Shown: one piece after another, positions 12,201 through 24,619 of the stretch
Layout: every line of letters begins with the position of its first letter
How positions within the stretch are numbered: position 1 is the first letter of the stretch
DNA from: Octopus bimaculoides
Taxonomy: Eukaryota
Direction: 5' to 3'
Assembly (NCBI RefSeq): GCF_001194135.2
Contig: NC_068986.1
Coordinates: 103,730,620-103,791,444 of the forward strand
DNA: 60,825 nt
Made by a program: the position numbers and the translations under genes
The notes under the pieces: generated by a model
Database searches by the model: none
What the model saw: only the letters and a program-made list of their open reading frames with translations
Told to the model about the DNA's origin: nothing

Positions 12201-12452
12201 TGATGATGGATGATGATGATGGATGATGATGGATGATGATTGATGATGATGATGATGATGATGATGATTGATGATGGATGATTATGATTGATTGATGATG
12301 ATTGATTGATGATTGATTGATGATTGATGGTTGATTGATGATTGATTGGTGGTTGATTGATGATTGATGATTGATTATTGGTGATTGGTGATTGGTGATT
12401 GGTGATTGATGATTGATGATTGATGATGATGATTGATGATGATGATGATGAT
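11780..12452. repeat. Degenerate (GAT)n / GATT / GGAT complex microsatellite
   Basis: Direct reading; source of the spurious His/Ser/Ile ORFs. Confidence 0.95.
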
Positions 12453-12600
12453 ACCTTAGGAATCGAAATTCCCTCAAGACACCTGATGAAGTTTGGAGGG
12501 TATATCAGCCGAAACGTTGTGTTAACAAGATGAGGCAAATATCCGTCAAATGTAAATAATGTAAATAATGTACATAATTCCTCATCTCTCAAATATAGAA
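12453..12600 (+). mobile_element. Penelope-like element terminal remnant
   Basis: Contains the cctgatgaag...ccgaaacgttg motif typical of PLE termini, followed by an aatgtaaat repeat. Confidence 0.55.
12478..12523 (+). ncRNA. Minimal type I hammerhead ribozyme motif, canonical core
   Basis: Stem I GACAC/GUGUU, CUGAUGA, extra A, imperfect stem II GUUUG/CAGCC, GAAA, loopless palindromic stem III ACGU, triplet GUU. Confidence 0.6.
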
Positions 12601-13084
12601 ATGGTTAACAATATGCCTGCAAGGCCTCAAGCTGGCAGAATCTTTAGCATTTCTGTCCAAATATGGACCCTGTGAGTCAGAGTGACCCTTGAGGCGCATC
12701 TCCTTCGCCATCCTCTGTGGTAACGCCATTTCCATTTTGTCCGTTAGGACAATGATGCGGGTTGAGAAGTCTTTTTATAGAAAGAGGAGAGCTATGATGA
12801 TTTAAACAAAGAGGGGGCCAACATAGAGGGGGACAATGCAGCTTGATTTGGGGTCAGACACACACAATGAGTTTTAAAATTTACAACGAAATCGAATGAA
12901 AAATCGGATGGTAACACAAATCACAAGACAGATTAGCAAACATAAAATGGGACAGAACAGGTTTTAGCTCCGACCCCACGAGTCCTGTTCCACTACCGAC
13001 ACCTTTTGGTAAGCCTTAGGACATTTTTACGCAGTGTCTTTCACACAGAACATTCATGCTACACGTGTCCATCTGTCTTTGCAC

Positions 13085-14080
13085 ATTCTCGCGGAGAGGC
13101 ATCTCCTCTTCATTTTCAAGTAAAATGCTTAATGGTGTTTGTTCTAGCTCTTTACGTTCCGAGTTCAACTTCCAACGTGATCTACATTGCTTTTCATCTT
13201 TTCAATCATCAATCATCATCATCATCCATCACCATCATCCATCATCATGCATCATCATCATCATCATCAATCATCATCAATCATCATCATCAATCATCAT
13301 CATCAATCATCATCATCAACCATCATCATCATCATCCATCATCCATCATCCACCATCCATCATCATCATCCATCATCATCCATCATCATCCGTCATCATC
13401 CAATAAAATAAGTACCAGCTGAATACTGGGAGCCGATGTAATCGACACATCGATAAATCTTTTGTTAGAATATTTTATACGGTCTCTTGTCTTCCTCCGT
13501 GAAATCAAACGTCCCACGCTGTTTACAAATGCATATAATGTGAAACGAATAAATTACCTATAACCATTGACGCAATAAATAAAACGTTAATCGTAGTCAT
13601 GGCAACAAAAGAATAACATATAACAAGTCTTAAATTTTTGTATATTTGAATGAGATTGTTTCTAATTTTACGACTTTCAATTTATTTTTCCGTATCAGAT
13701 CAATAATATTCAACAAAAGGCGGCGAGCTAGCCGAAACGTTAGCACGCTGGGCGAAATGCTTAGCGGTATTTCGTCTGCCACTGCGTTCTGAGTTCGAAT
13801 TCCGCCGCGGTCGACTTTGCCTTTCATCCTTTCGGGGTCGATAAATTAAGTACCAGTTACGTACTGGGGTCGATATAATCGACTTAATCCGTTTGTCTGT
13901 CCTTGCTTGTCCCCTCTGTGTGTAGCCCCTTGTGGGCAGTAAAGAAATAGGTATTTCGTCTGTCTTTACGTTCTGAGTTCAAATTCCGCCGAGGTCGACT
14001 TTGCTTTTTATCCTTTCGGGGTCGATAAATTAAGTACTCCACCTATTCCGCCAGCTCGTCGCCTTATTCGGATTTAAATA
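13085..14080 (+). mobile_element. Cluster of family-C SINEs (13085-13450 interrupted by a CAT block; 13717-13950 full length; partial copy to 14080)
   Basis: Head ggcggcgagct..gcagaaacgttagcacgc, B-box gagttcaaattcc, core ttcatcctttcggggtcgataaa. Confidence 0.85.
13202..13401. repeat. Degenerate (CAT)n block, inverted copy of 11801-11977
   Basis: Shares rare interrupts (atgcat, cacc, caacc, ccgtc) in the same order as the reverse complement of 11801-11977. Confidence 0.85.
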
Positions 14081-14103
14081 TTACTTGTTAATATCACTAG
14101 CAA

Positions 14104-14430
14104 CGGTTCATGGCTCAGTGGCTAGAGCATCAAGCTCACAATCATAAAGTAGTGATTTCGATTCCAGGCCCGGTCCACCTGTTGTGTTTTGAAGCAAGAC
14201 ACTTTATTTCACGTTACACTAGTTCACTCAGCTGTAGAAATGGGTTGTGATGTCACTGGTGTCAAGCTGTATCGGCCTTTGCTTTTCCCTTGGATAACAT
14301 CGGTGGCATCGAAAGACTGCTGGTTTTCCATAAACAACCTTGCCCGGGTTTGTGCAAACCCATGGTCATTCATGACCAAAGTGAGCCTATTCATATACCT
14401 AATATCGCTTAAATGCAGAAGGGTGCGTCA
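14104..14430 (+). mobile_element. SINE family D, diverged
   Basis: Matches 5011-5377, including gctgtatcggcc.tttgc.tttcccttggataaca. Confidence 0.75.
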
Positions 14431-14581
14431 TTGAAGGGAAGTAATTCTAAAGAAATACGAAGTTATCTCCCTTGCAACAGTAATAGTTCTTGGCTGCATT
14501 TCCAAATTAGTGGCACTAACAAAAAAGAATAATGATTAAGAGATTAGATTCGTTGTATGTATAATTAATATAGCACGTAGA

Positions 14582-14964
14582 GCGGAGGCGCAATGGCCCA
14601 GTGGTTAGGACAGCGGATTCGCGGTCGTAGGATCGCGGTTTCGATTCTCAGATCGGGCGTTGTAAGTGTTTATTGAGCGAAAATACCTAAAGCTCCGCTA
14701 GGCTCCAGCAGGAGATGTTGGCGAATCCTGCTGTACTCTTCCACCACAGCTTTCTCTCAATCTTTCTTCCTGTTTCTGTTGTGCCTGTATTTCAAACGGC
14801 CAGCCTTGTCACCCTCTGTGTCACGTCGAATCTCTCCGAGAACTACGTTAATGTACACGTGTCTGCGGAGCGCTCAGTCACTTGCGCATTAATTACACGA
14901 GCAGGCTGTTCCGTTGATCGGATCAACTGGAACCCTCGTCGTCGTAACCGACGGAGTGCCACAA
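14582..14964 (+). mobile_element. SINE family A, full length
   Basis: Aligns end to end with the other A copies. Confidence 0.9.
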
Positions 14965-15324
14965 GTATGTAGTCTTACATCTAACGTACTTAATGAATAT
15001 TTACCGTAAGGTACGATGATTTTTATCATACAAGACTTAAAATCAACAAAGCTTTTTAATGTTTACATTGATTTGTAATTCTGCGTAAAGAAATCATTGA
15101 TATCCTTTCGACTGCAGCCATGCTGGAGCAGCGGCTGGAAGGATTTAATTGAACTAATCGGCCCTAAGTGCTTATTTTATTGTGTTACGTCTGGTCATTA
15201 CTCTATAGAATCTTTAGTCGAACTGCTAGGAAACGGGGACGTAAACAAATCAACACCGGTTTCAAGCGGTGAGAGAACAAGCAACAAAGATGTGGACATG
15301 TCCCTGCGCGCGCAGGTGCACACA

Positions 15325-15503
15325 TACACACATACATACATACATACATACATACAAACACACACACACACACATACATACATACATACATACATGCATG
15401 CATACATACATACATGCATACATACATACATACATACATACATACATACATACATGCATGCATCCATGCATACATGATGTATGTGTATGTCTGTGCGTGC
15501 GTG

Positions 15504-15545
<42 letters not shown>
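15325..15545. repeat. (CATA)n and (TG)n microsatellites
   Basis: Direct reading; similar tracts at 8160-8260, 15900-15980, 19155-19210, 23575-23780, 26895-27005 and 45120-45260. Confidence 0.95.
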
Positions 15546-15548
<3 letters not shown>

Positions 15549-15550
<2 letters not shown>

Positions 15551-15840
15551 AGGCTTATGGCTTAGTGGATAGGGTGTTGCACTGTCAATTTCAAGATTGC
15601 GGGTTCGATTCCCAGACCGGGCGTTGCATTGTGTTCTTGAGCAAAGCATTTCATTGAACGTTGCTCTGCGATCATTTTGCCATCTGACATGTGGCACCCA
15701 GTTGCACCTGTACAGGTAATGTTGATTTGATGGCGGGAGTGAGCTTGTGTCTACACAAACATTTCATCACTATAAGCAAATCATCTGTGTGGTCATTCGG
15801 CAAGAAACTGCCCAACCCTCATATGTCGTCTAACGACAGG
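15549..15840 (+). mobile_element. tRNA-derived SINE family E
   Basis: A-box tggcttagtgg, B-box ggttcgattcc, then tgtgttcttgagcaa core and a distinct body. Confidence 0.65.
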
Positions 15841-15886
15841 TGAGTCCATAATGTATATATTATATATGCATACACATGTATATATA

Positions 15887-15984
<98 letters not shown>

Positions 15985-16959
15985 ACAGATACAGAGACAG
16001 ACAGACTGAGAGACATACAGATACTAGCTTTAAAGCCGCACACCGAGCGAGGGATAATTGAACTTGCGATCCAAAACTAAACAAAGCTATAGAGAATGAC
16101 TATAATACGTCTACAATCATTATATATTCCGGTGGCGTTTGATCAGAGGATAAGGACGGATGAAAATTAATTCTTTAATGCAATTATTTTATTGTTCCAG
16201 TCTCAAGTTGAATTCCAACTGTTGGCCAATTTGTCCCAAAGTTCTTCTTTCGACGCAAAATTAACAAAGCAAATGTCATTTATTTCCTCCTTGAGCTCTG
16301 ACGTCTTTTGACAAACACCAGCCAAGATGGCGTGAATCAGCCAAGCTTTACCTACTAAAAATAGCAACCCAAATGCTCTTAAATCAGATCCCAATGGTAG
16401 ACGTTCAAGAACCAAATGAAGGGCAGATTTTCAATTCTGGGATAATCCTTGTTCCAAAAAGGTATATGCCTGTGTAGAGAAAATGTAGACTGAGATACAG
16501 TGGTCCCAGACAGATAGAAAGAATTTTGCTTTTTTAAATAATATATATATATACATATATATACACACACACATATAAGTACTAGGCTTACAAAGAATAA
16601 GTCCTGGGGGCGATTTGCTCGACTAAAGACGGTGCTCCAGCATGACCACAGTCAAATGACTGAAACAAGTAAAAATCTAATTGTACTTATCACCAGTGGG
16701 GTGGAGGTCTACATCAACTTGACCAATTCCCAAGCAAGTAATCAGCCAATATGTTTATATTCTCAACAATTACAGTAGATACAGAAAACTGGTACATCTA
16801 ATTTGCATATCATAAGTGTTAATAGTTTATTTTTAAATATTACACTAAAGTCCTTTTGAAAGAAAAAGAAAGTGAAAAAACGCTGTGGCTTGTCGAAGAC
16901 TTCGTCTTCAGGTTTGCTTATTTTCTCTTTAGAGGAATATGAAGACATTGTAATCGAAA

Positions 16960-17035
16960 CGGATATGAGAAGTAATTAAGACGAATATGAAAGGCAATTA
17001 AGATGGATATGAAAGGCAATTAAGACGGGTATGAG
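16960..17035. repeat. 22-bp minisatellite, ~3.5 copies
   Basis: Unit aattaagacgaatatgaaaggc. Confidence 0.8.
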
Positions 17036-18797
17036 AGAAGCCACATTATAAGAATATATCTCTTGCCGTTTACCACCATCCAAAAAGGAGAGACAGGAAA
17101 AAACCTCCCATATTTTAGACGGCCATAGTTAAGCAGACGATAATAGTACCTTCATGTAGCTTATGTTTTATGTCCTTTTTTTTAACATAATTTGAATCGG
17201 TGCACAGTATGCGTGTGCTTACTGTTGAAATATTTAAGAAAGATGAATTTGGGAGGGGCATTGTTACCCCCTGTACAGTACGGGTGCAAAAGAAAAATAT
17301 TTAACAGTATTAAAACGCTGGGAAATTTTGCAGAATATTTTTATCATTTATAAACACAAGATGTCAGTTTGTGTCCGTTAGTTCATATGAGTGGGCCAGT
17401 ATTCGAAACGTGTTTACACATTTATTAAGATAAATAAAAATACAAACAATCTATTGTAGTTCACGAAAAGATATTTTTAAATAGGTTCTTACCTTCAGAG
17501 ATAAGACAATGTGTATATTTACACCTGACAGAAAGTTTATATCTACTATCAGAGGTTTGTTCTCAGCATTCTGACACCAATTATGTCGGTGCTTAACACC
17601 TTTGTTATCTTTGTTTAAGAATAACGACAGCCATGACAGAGGTGAAGGTATCTGCGTCCGAATGTTATATAACTTCTCACTATTTCTCTACAACAACTAC
17701 TACCACTACAACTACTGCACTCCATACAGTCAACACTGTTCTCCCGCGTATTGTCCATGTTGTTCATTAGACCCTCCACATATTCTTCCCTATACCTGCG
17801 TATTCTTTACCACACCTTCCACTGTTCACTGGATGCGGAGCCATGAGGTCCCCAGTTGCCTAGGAAACTCATTGGTCTAGTGACTCAATACTGTTGTATA
17901 CATGCTGAGGTCTGCTGTCAATAAATAAATACTATCGATTCCAGTGCACTGGTTAACCCGTGGCCTCAACAGCCTAGGAGTCCAGTTCTGATCTATGCAT
18001 GCCGTCACTTGCTGTCAATAAATAACTACTATTGCACCCAGGGGGCTGAACTGACCGCGGGCCTATAATGCTAGCAGGACGAACCTGACTGGACATTTTC
18101 GTAACGGATTTCACTAAACATTCAACGCATGACTCAGAACAACTAAACATATTTGAAGGAGCAATATACTTTCCGATCAGAGAGAGGTGATAAGGTATTA
18201 GTTCTGGGGGTCCATGATAACTTTTGAAATGTGAGTGATAGAAATGAACATGAAAGGTGGTCCCTAATCAGTATTTCGAAGACGTGTATTCTGTCCCTGG
18301 TGTTGTGTTGAGTTATGTCAATTGACAAATGGTCAATGTTTCTGTTTTGAGTATACAATTACTAACATTTTGAGTGTACAATTACCTTTGGTACATACGT
18401 GTATATGGTTTTGGAAAATATTATTAATACTAAGAGTCAGCCAACATCAATATCTCTGAGGGGGTAGAAAGAAAAGCTTTCTATGCATAACAAATAAACC
18501 ATGATGAGAATAAATGTAAATATGTACATAAGGTGAGTTCGTAGAATGTTCAATAAATTCATTAACTTCGAAACCTTCAGCTTCTATATCCAGATCACAA
18601 ATTCACATTAATGACAATAATAACCGGTTATCTTGGTTTTGTGAGTAAAAGCTTTAGGAACAATCTAGAAAGCTGAAGTTTGCAGGAAAATAAATCTTCC
18701 AGCTAACACGCACAGTGACAAGAACAATCTTGAAGCGAAACAGTAAAATATGCGCGTCTATTCTTAAGTTCAAAATGTGACATCGATTTGTTATATA

Positions 18798-18907
18798 CGA
18801 GGTGTGTATGAAAAGTCTTGAGCCTCAAAAAACAAAGCAAAACATGGTACACGACTTCTGATGAAGGTACAAGACTTCAAGGTTCAAAACTTTTCATACA
18901 CCCCTCG
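18798..18907. mobile_element. 110-bp mariner-type MITE
   Basis: cgaggtgtgtatgaaaagtcttgagcct versus reverse complement cgaggggtgtatgaaaagttttgaacct (25/28); TA TSD. Confidence 0.85.
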
Positions 18908-18924
18908 TACATTTCAAAGATGGA

Positions 18925-19015
18925 GCTTCGTATATTTGTTAGAAACCAGCTCTTTCCTTACAGGAAGATTTCAAATAATTAAAAAAAGAAGTCATACATA
19001 CATACATATATGCAT
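18925..19015 (+). mobile_element. Solo 3' end resembling the tail of the 43.8-45.4 kb element
   Basis: ttagaaaccagctctttc...catacatacatac resembles ttagaaaccggctctttc...catacatacatac at 45320-45390. Confidence 0.45.
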
Positions 19016-19152
19016 GCATGCATCCGTGCACAGCTTGGGTTGGTGTCTGAATTGTGGAACCTTAATTCTCGGAAAGAAACCAGGTCTTTCCCTAAACTAG
19101 AAAATCATAAATACATATTGAAAGACATTTTGTTTCTTGAGCCCCAGAAGTC

Positions 19153-19210
<58 letters not shown>

Positions 19211-19417
19211 TACAAGGCTGAACACAGAGGGGACAAGTTACAAAGTAGAGCTTTTCTTTTGAAGCGAGGAGAAGGAAGGAAAAAAAGTGGGGCGTAGATT
19301 TTCGATCAAATGGGTCTTTAAAAAAAACCATCAATAGGGATCGTGTATCACAGAGATATACAGACAGACAGATAGATAGATAATATATGCATGCATACAA
19401 TGACACATACATACATA

Positions 19418-19475
<58 letters not shown>

Positions 19476-19944
19476 GCAAATACATGTATACTGTATTGAA
19501 CACAATGCGCATGCCAATTCACTTTACAGACATAGATAGAGCTCTTTCTTACTTGCTACACCCAACAGATTAGTGTCCAGTAACATCTATTTGTTTTCCA
19601 TACTTTATGACTAATTCAAGCTATCATTTGTACACAAGCACGACATTCTTCGCATTAACAAGATAATAATGACATCTTCTATCACTCTCCCACGTTTGTT
19701 TGAACATTCATATATCAGGATTTTTTTCCCTTCCAACTGAACAGCAATCATTTAAACATGGACGTTAGATAAGAAAAAAGTAGAGTCGAGTGCCATCAGC
19801 AACGTAATGAGTGAAGAGGCCGCCCACATCAGAATAGAACTTCTTTAAGCCATGTGTTAAACATCTATCGTATAAACTCATGCGATAGTTTCCAATTTTT
19901 CTAAGCTACACGTGGTTCTTTTATTACAAAGTAATGACAGCATA

Positions 19945-20286
19945 GGAGGCGCAATGGCCCAGTGGTTAGGGCAGCGGACTCGCTGTCATAGGATCGCGAT
20001 TTCGATTCCCAGACCGGGCGTTGTGAGTATTTATTCATCGAAAACACCTAAAGCTCCACGAGGCTCCGGCAGGAGATGGTGGCGAACCCTGCTGTACTCT
20101 TCCACCACAACTTTCTCTCACTCTTACTTCTTGTTTCTGTTGTGCCTGTAATTCAAAGGGCCAGCCTTGTCACACTCTGTGTCACGCTGAATACCCCCGA
20201 GAACTACGTTAAGGGTACACGTGTCTGCGGAGTGCTCAGCCACTTGCACGTTAATTTCACGAGCAGGCTGTTCCGTTGATCGGATC
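19945..20286 (+). mobile_element. SINE family A (runs into a gap)
   Basis: Aligns with the other A copies. Confidence 0.9.
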
Positions 20287-20569
20287 NNNNNNNNNNNNNN
20301 NNNNNNNNNNNNNNNNNNNNNNNNNNNNNNNNNNNNNNNNNNNNNNNNNNNNNNNNNNNNNNNNNNNNNNNNNNNNNNNNNNNNNNNNNNNNNNNNNNNN
20401 NNNNNNNNNNNNNNNNNNNNNNNNNNNNNNNNNNNNNNNNNNNNNNNNNNNNNNNNNNNNNNNNNNNNNNNNNNNNNNNNNNNNNNNNNNNNNNNNNNNN
20501 NNNNNNNNNNNNNNNNNNNNNNNNNNNNNNNNNNNNNNNNNNNNNNNNNNNNNNNNNNNNNNNNNNNAC

Positions 20570-20950
20570 GTAACGTTAGACGAAATACCAATTTCTTTAT
20601 TGCCCACCGGGATTTTCTTTAAAGGAAAAGTAGACCTCGGGAGGATTTGAACTCAAGATAAAGACGGTCGAAATACCGTTAAGCATTTCGCCCAGCGTGC
20701 TAACGATTTCGCCAGCTCGCCGCCCCCGTAATGACAATATGTAATCCTTTCTGCTATAGGCTCAAGGCCTGAAATTTTGAGGGAGGAGTATAGTCGATTA
20801 GATCGACCCAAGTACTCAACTGGTACTTAATTTATCGACCCCGAAAGGATAAAAGCCAAAGTCGACTTCAGCGGAATTTGAACTCAGAACATAGCGGCAG
20901 GCAAAATGCCGTTAAGCATTTCGCCCGACGTACTAACGGTTCTGTCAGCT
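20570..20950 (-). mobile_element. Two family-C SINEs
   Basis: Reverse complement of the C consensus. Confidence 0.8.
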
Positions 20951-21944
20951 TTACCTTAAAACGGTACAACAGTTATTGAATGAGAATAATATAATCAGTA
21001 TCTGATGTCTCATTGATTTAAGTGTCGACAGTTTGTATCCTCTCTCTCACACACACACATGCTTTTTTTTTCCTTTTACTAGCTTCAGCCAGAGACTGGG
21101 GCCATGTGGAAGCAGGGCAGAAAAGCCTATGGGAAGGGTTTCTTTTTATCTGTTGTACTATGAATTAATAAATCACACTTCGTGTTTGAACTCACTCTTC
21201 CAGACTTGCAATTAAATCATAAAAATCCTGTAGAATTTCCAACAGAAAAAATACTGATTAGCAAAATAATACATTTTGTTTTCGCCTGTAAAGTGTTCCG
21301 AGTAATTTTACCAGTGAGAGGACACCATTAATCGGTTTTGTCGAACGTATTCTCTGTTTGCAAAAAGTTCTCCGTTAATGGATTTATTAAATTCATTTAA
21401 AAATTTCCCGACAGAACTGTTTACAAATAATTTACACACATTTTCATTGCTCTCGTGTGTGAGCCGCAAATGAGCTCTCACATTTCATGCCTTGTTCGAA
21501 AGTATAAGATACCTGAAACGATGTTCTCCATTAATTCATTTAGAAAACATCATGAAATTTTATTTTAGTGATTGTCATTGGTTGTTTTCTTTATTTTTCT
21601 CACCAACATCGCGATTGTTCATGTTGTTTTTGTTGCTGTTGCTTTGCATTCAGTAATTTTGTCGTAAACAGTTTAATGGAATAAAAGATACTTGAATTAG
21701 TACACTGTTTTCATTTGTTTAATTAATTAACTAATTTATTAATTTTTATTGCTATGCAATGAAAGCTACGAATTGACAGAGTCGTAAGAACTTTCTTATA
21801 GAATGGCATGTGGTTTTTGTTCTGGCGTTCTGTGTCCAAATCCTGCTGAGGTCAGATTTGCCCTTTCATCTAGGACAATACTTTAGCGGGAATATAAGAG
21901 CGCCAGACGAAATGTTTTGCGCTGTCCGTTTTAGTTCTGTCCAT

Positions 21945-22084
21945 TCAGGTGTAAGTTCTGCAACCTGATCTTTTCATGGCGGGGAAACAGCTCTTCAGAA
22001 CCCTACTAAAGGTGATAAACCTGCGACAGCTCGATGCATCGACTGGCGCATCTATTTTGGTAGCATCAATACAATGAGCGGTCC
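21945..22084 (-). CDS. Candidate alternative terminal exon
   Basis: Good acceptor (tttttatcccattttgtgcag); phase-1 frame open to TGA: TAHCIDATKIDAPVDASSCRRFITFSRVLKSCFPAMKRSGCRTYT* (4 Cys). Confidence 0.25.
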
Positions 22085-22473
22085 CTGCACAAAATGGGAT
22101 AAAAACATCAGACGAAAAGAATTGTTCTGTTGCTAACTGCGGTGAAATATATCTGTACAGATGTCTACAAGAGTACATGTGACATTTATCCAACAGATGT
22201 TTTGTAGAAGAAGATAATATCTAACAAACTCTGTCAATTATTCCCTATACGGGTTGGGCTGTCCAATACTGATAGCTGTTCTGATCCGCTCTGCCAAACA
22301 ATTAATTAAGAAACTCTATTTTTAATTAAGAAATGCTACGCTATTTAGCAATCAGCCTAATAAGACTAATTGTGCTGCGCAGCAATGTTTCTTTTGATGG
22401 ATAACCTGTTGGTTACAGTCTTCCCTCTGTGAGAAACCGTTTCGTTCTTCCACGGGTTTTATTTCCTACGAAG

Positions 22474-22850
22474 GATGGAGGCGAGCTGGCAGAAATGTTA
22501 GCACGCCGGACGAAATGCATAGTGGTATTTCGTCTGCTATTACGTTCTGAGTTCAAATTCCTCCGAGGTCGACTTTGCCTTTCATCCTTTCGGGGTCGAT
22601 AAATTAAGTACCAGTTACGCACTGGGTCGATGTTATCGACTTAATCCCTTTGTCTGTCCTTGTTTGTCCCCTCTATGTTTAGCCCCTTGTGGGCAATAAA
22701 GAAATAATAAACGATAGCATGCCGGGCGAAATGCTTAGTGGTATTTCATCTGTCTTTACGTTCTGAGTTCAAATTCTGCCGAGGTCGACTTTGCCTTTTA
22801 CCCCCTCCCCCCAACCGAAAATTTCAGGCCTTGTGCCTGTATTAGAAAGG
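22474..22850 (+). mobile_element. Two tandem family-C SINEs with different 3' tails
   Basis: First ends ccccttgtgggcaataaagaaata; second ends aaatttcaggccttgtgcct. Confidence 0.85.
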
Positions 22851-23774
22851 ATAGTGGTGGTGGTGGTGGTGGTGGTGTGGGTGCTGACATGCCTGACAAT
22901 GACGGTGGTGGAGTGTCGGTGAGGATTGGTATTAGTATTATTAACAATGGGATGGTGAGTGTAATGGTAAAGATTCTGGTCGTGAATGCAGTGATGATGA
23001 TGATGATGATGACGACAACGATGATTATGATGATGATGATGACAATGATGATGATGATTATGATGATAAGAGGGAATAAATAACGATAGGAAGTGGTGGT
23101 GGGGGGGTAGTTATTCAAAGAATATAATACAACATTAAAACGTGTAGCTGGAATGGTGAAGATAAGATAAAGAGAAATAAGATTGAAAACGAGAGTGAAG
23201 ATTCGGGAACTTAGTAATAAGACGAAACAAAGCAAAGCGAAGTGGAAGGTGCAGCACCAAAGAGTGGCGGTAAGAGTGAGAATGATAATAGCGATTGGTT
23301 CGTGCAGTACTTTGCAAAAATAAGAGCCTCTTTCATAAAGTCAACAATACAACACTTTGTGTGGTATTTCAGATAATATGACTAGTATGGGAAAACGGCT
23401 TTGTCTAGAACTAGCAGACAACTGCCGATTCTAAATTATTAAAATATTTGCTTTGTTATTATTGTTGTTGTTGTTGATTTTCTCTGTGTGTGTGTGTGTG
23501 TGAAGGAATCTTCAAGAAAACTCGAATAAAATTTGGAATAAACTTATATTTTACACACATGCATATAGACACGCAAATATACATACATGCATGCATGCAT
23601 ACATACATACATATATACATTCATGCATACATACATGCATGCAAACATACATGCATGCATACATACATGCATAGATAACATGCATACATACATACATGCA
23701 TACATACACACACACACAAATACATACATACATTCATGCATATATACATACATACATACATACATACATACATA

Positions 23775-23940
23775 CATGCATACAGAGCAGACCTGTTATT
23801 GTTCTGTGGGACAGGGAGCAAAATTCCTACACTGTTGTAAGGGTTAACTGCCCAGCAGATGTAAATGTACAATGAAAATTCAGGAAAATAAGAACATTTA
23901 TGGTGAATTAATGCAGAACTTACAGCTCTCGTACCCTGAC
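23775..23940 (+). mobile_element. Isolated RLE-domain fragment related to the 43.8-45.4 kb element
   Basis: Frameshifted RPDI.LWDREQ...CPADVN..MKIQENKNIYGELMQNLQLSYPD parallels RPDIRIWAREG..CPAEV..KISEKENTYAELLRNLQLFYPD; flanked by (CATA)n. Confidence 0.75.
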
Positions 23941-24154
23941 ATACATACATATATATATACATATATACGACAGGCTTCTTTCAGTTTCCTCTACCAAATC
24001 CACTCACAAGGCTTTGGTTGGCCCGAGGCTATAGTAGAAGACACTTGCCCATGGTGCCACGCAGTGGGACTGAACACGGAACCTTCTGGTTGGTAAGCAA
24101 GCTACTTACCACACGGCCACTCGTATGTATATGTATATATATAATCTTTCATTT

Positions 24155-24353
24155 TTTTTGTTTCAGTCGTTAGAATGCGGCCATGCTGGAGAACCGCCTT
24201 ATAGAATTTTTTTGGTCGAATGAATCCACCCCAGGACATTTTTAACCCTAGTGCTTATTCTATTGGTATCTTGTTTTGCCGAATCGCTAAGTTATACAGA
24301 CGTAAACATACCACCATCTGTTGTCAAGCGGTAGGGGAGAACAAACACAAACA

Positions 24354-24393
<40 letters not shown>

Positions 24394-24540
24394 CATATAT
24401 TTACGACAGTCTTCTTTCAGTTTCCCCCTGGTCAAACCGATGTTATAGTAGAAGACACCTGCCCAAGGTGCCGCGCATTGGGACTGAAGCCGGAACCACG
24501 TGGTTGGGATCCAAGCTACTTACGACACAGGCACGCCTGC
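24155..24540 (-). mobile_element. SINE family B, full length, with internal (CA)n; another B head at 23948-24120
   Basis: Tail, microsatellite and head in reverse orientation. Confidence 0.8.
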
Positions 24541-24619
24541 GCATTTTTAAGAGGGTCCCAGTGTGATTTGAAGGAGGTTCTACTGCTCTTTCTGACCTTC
24601 ATATAGGAGTAAATGTTAT

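Noticed and set aside
11573-12592. 339-aa His/Ser/Ile-rich ORF (and similar ORFs at 13006-13422)
   Set aside because: Translation of a degenerate (GAT/CAT)n microsatellite across an N gap; no splice or domain evidence.
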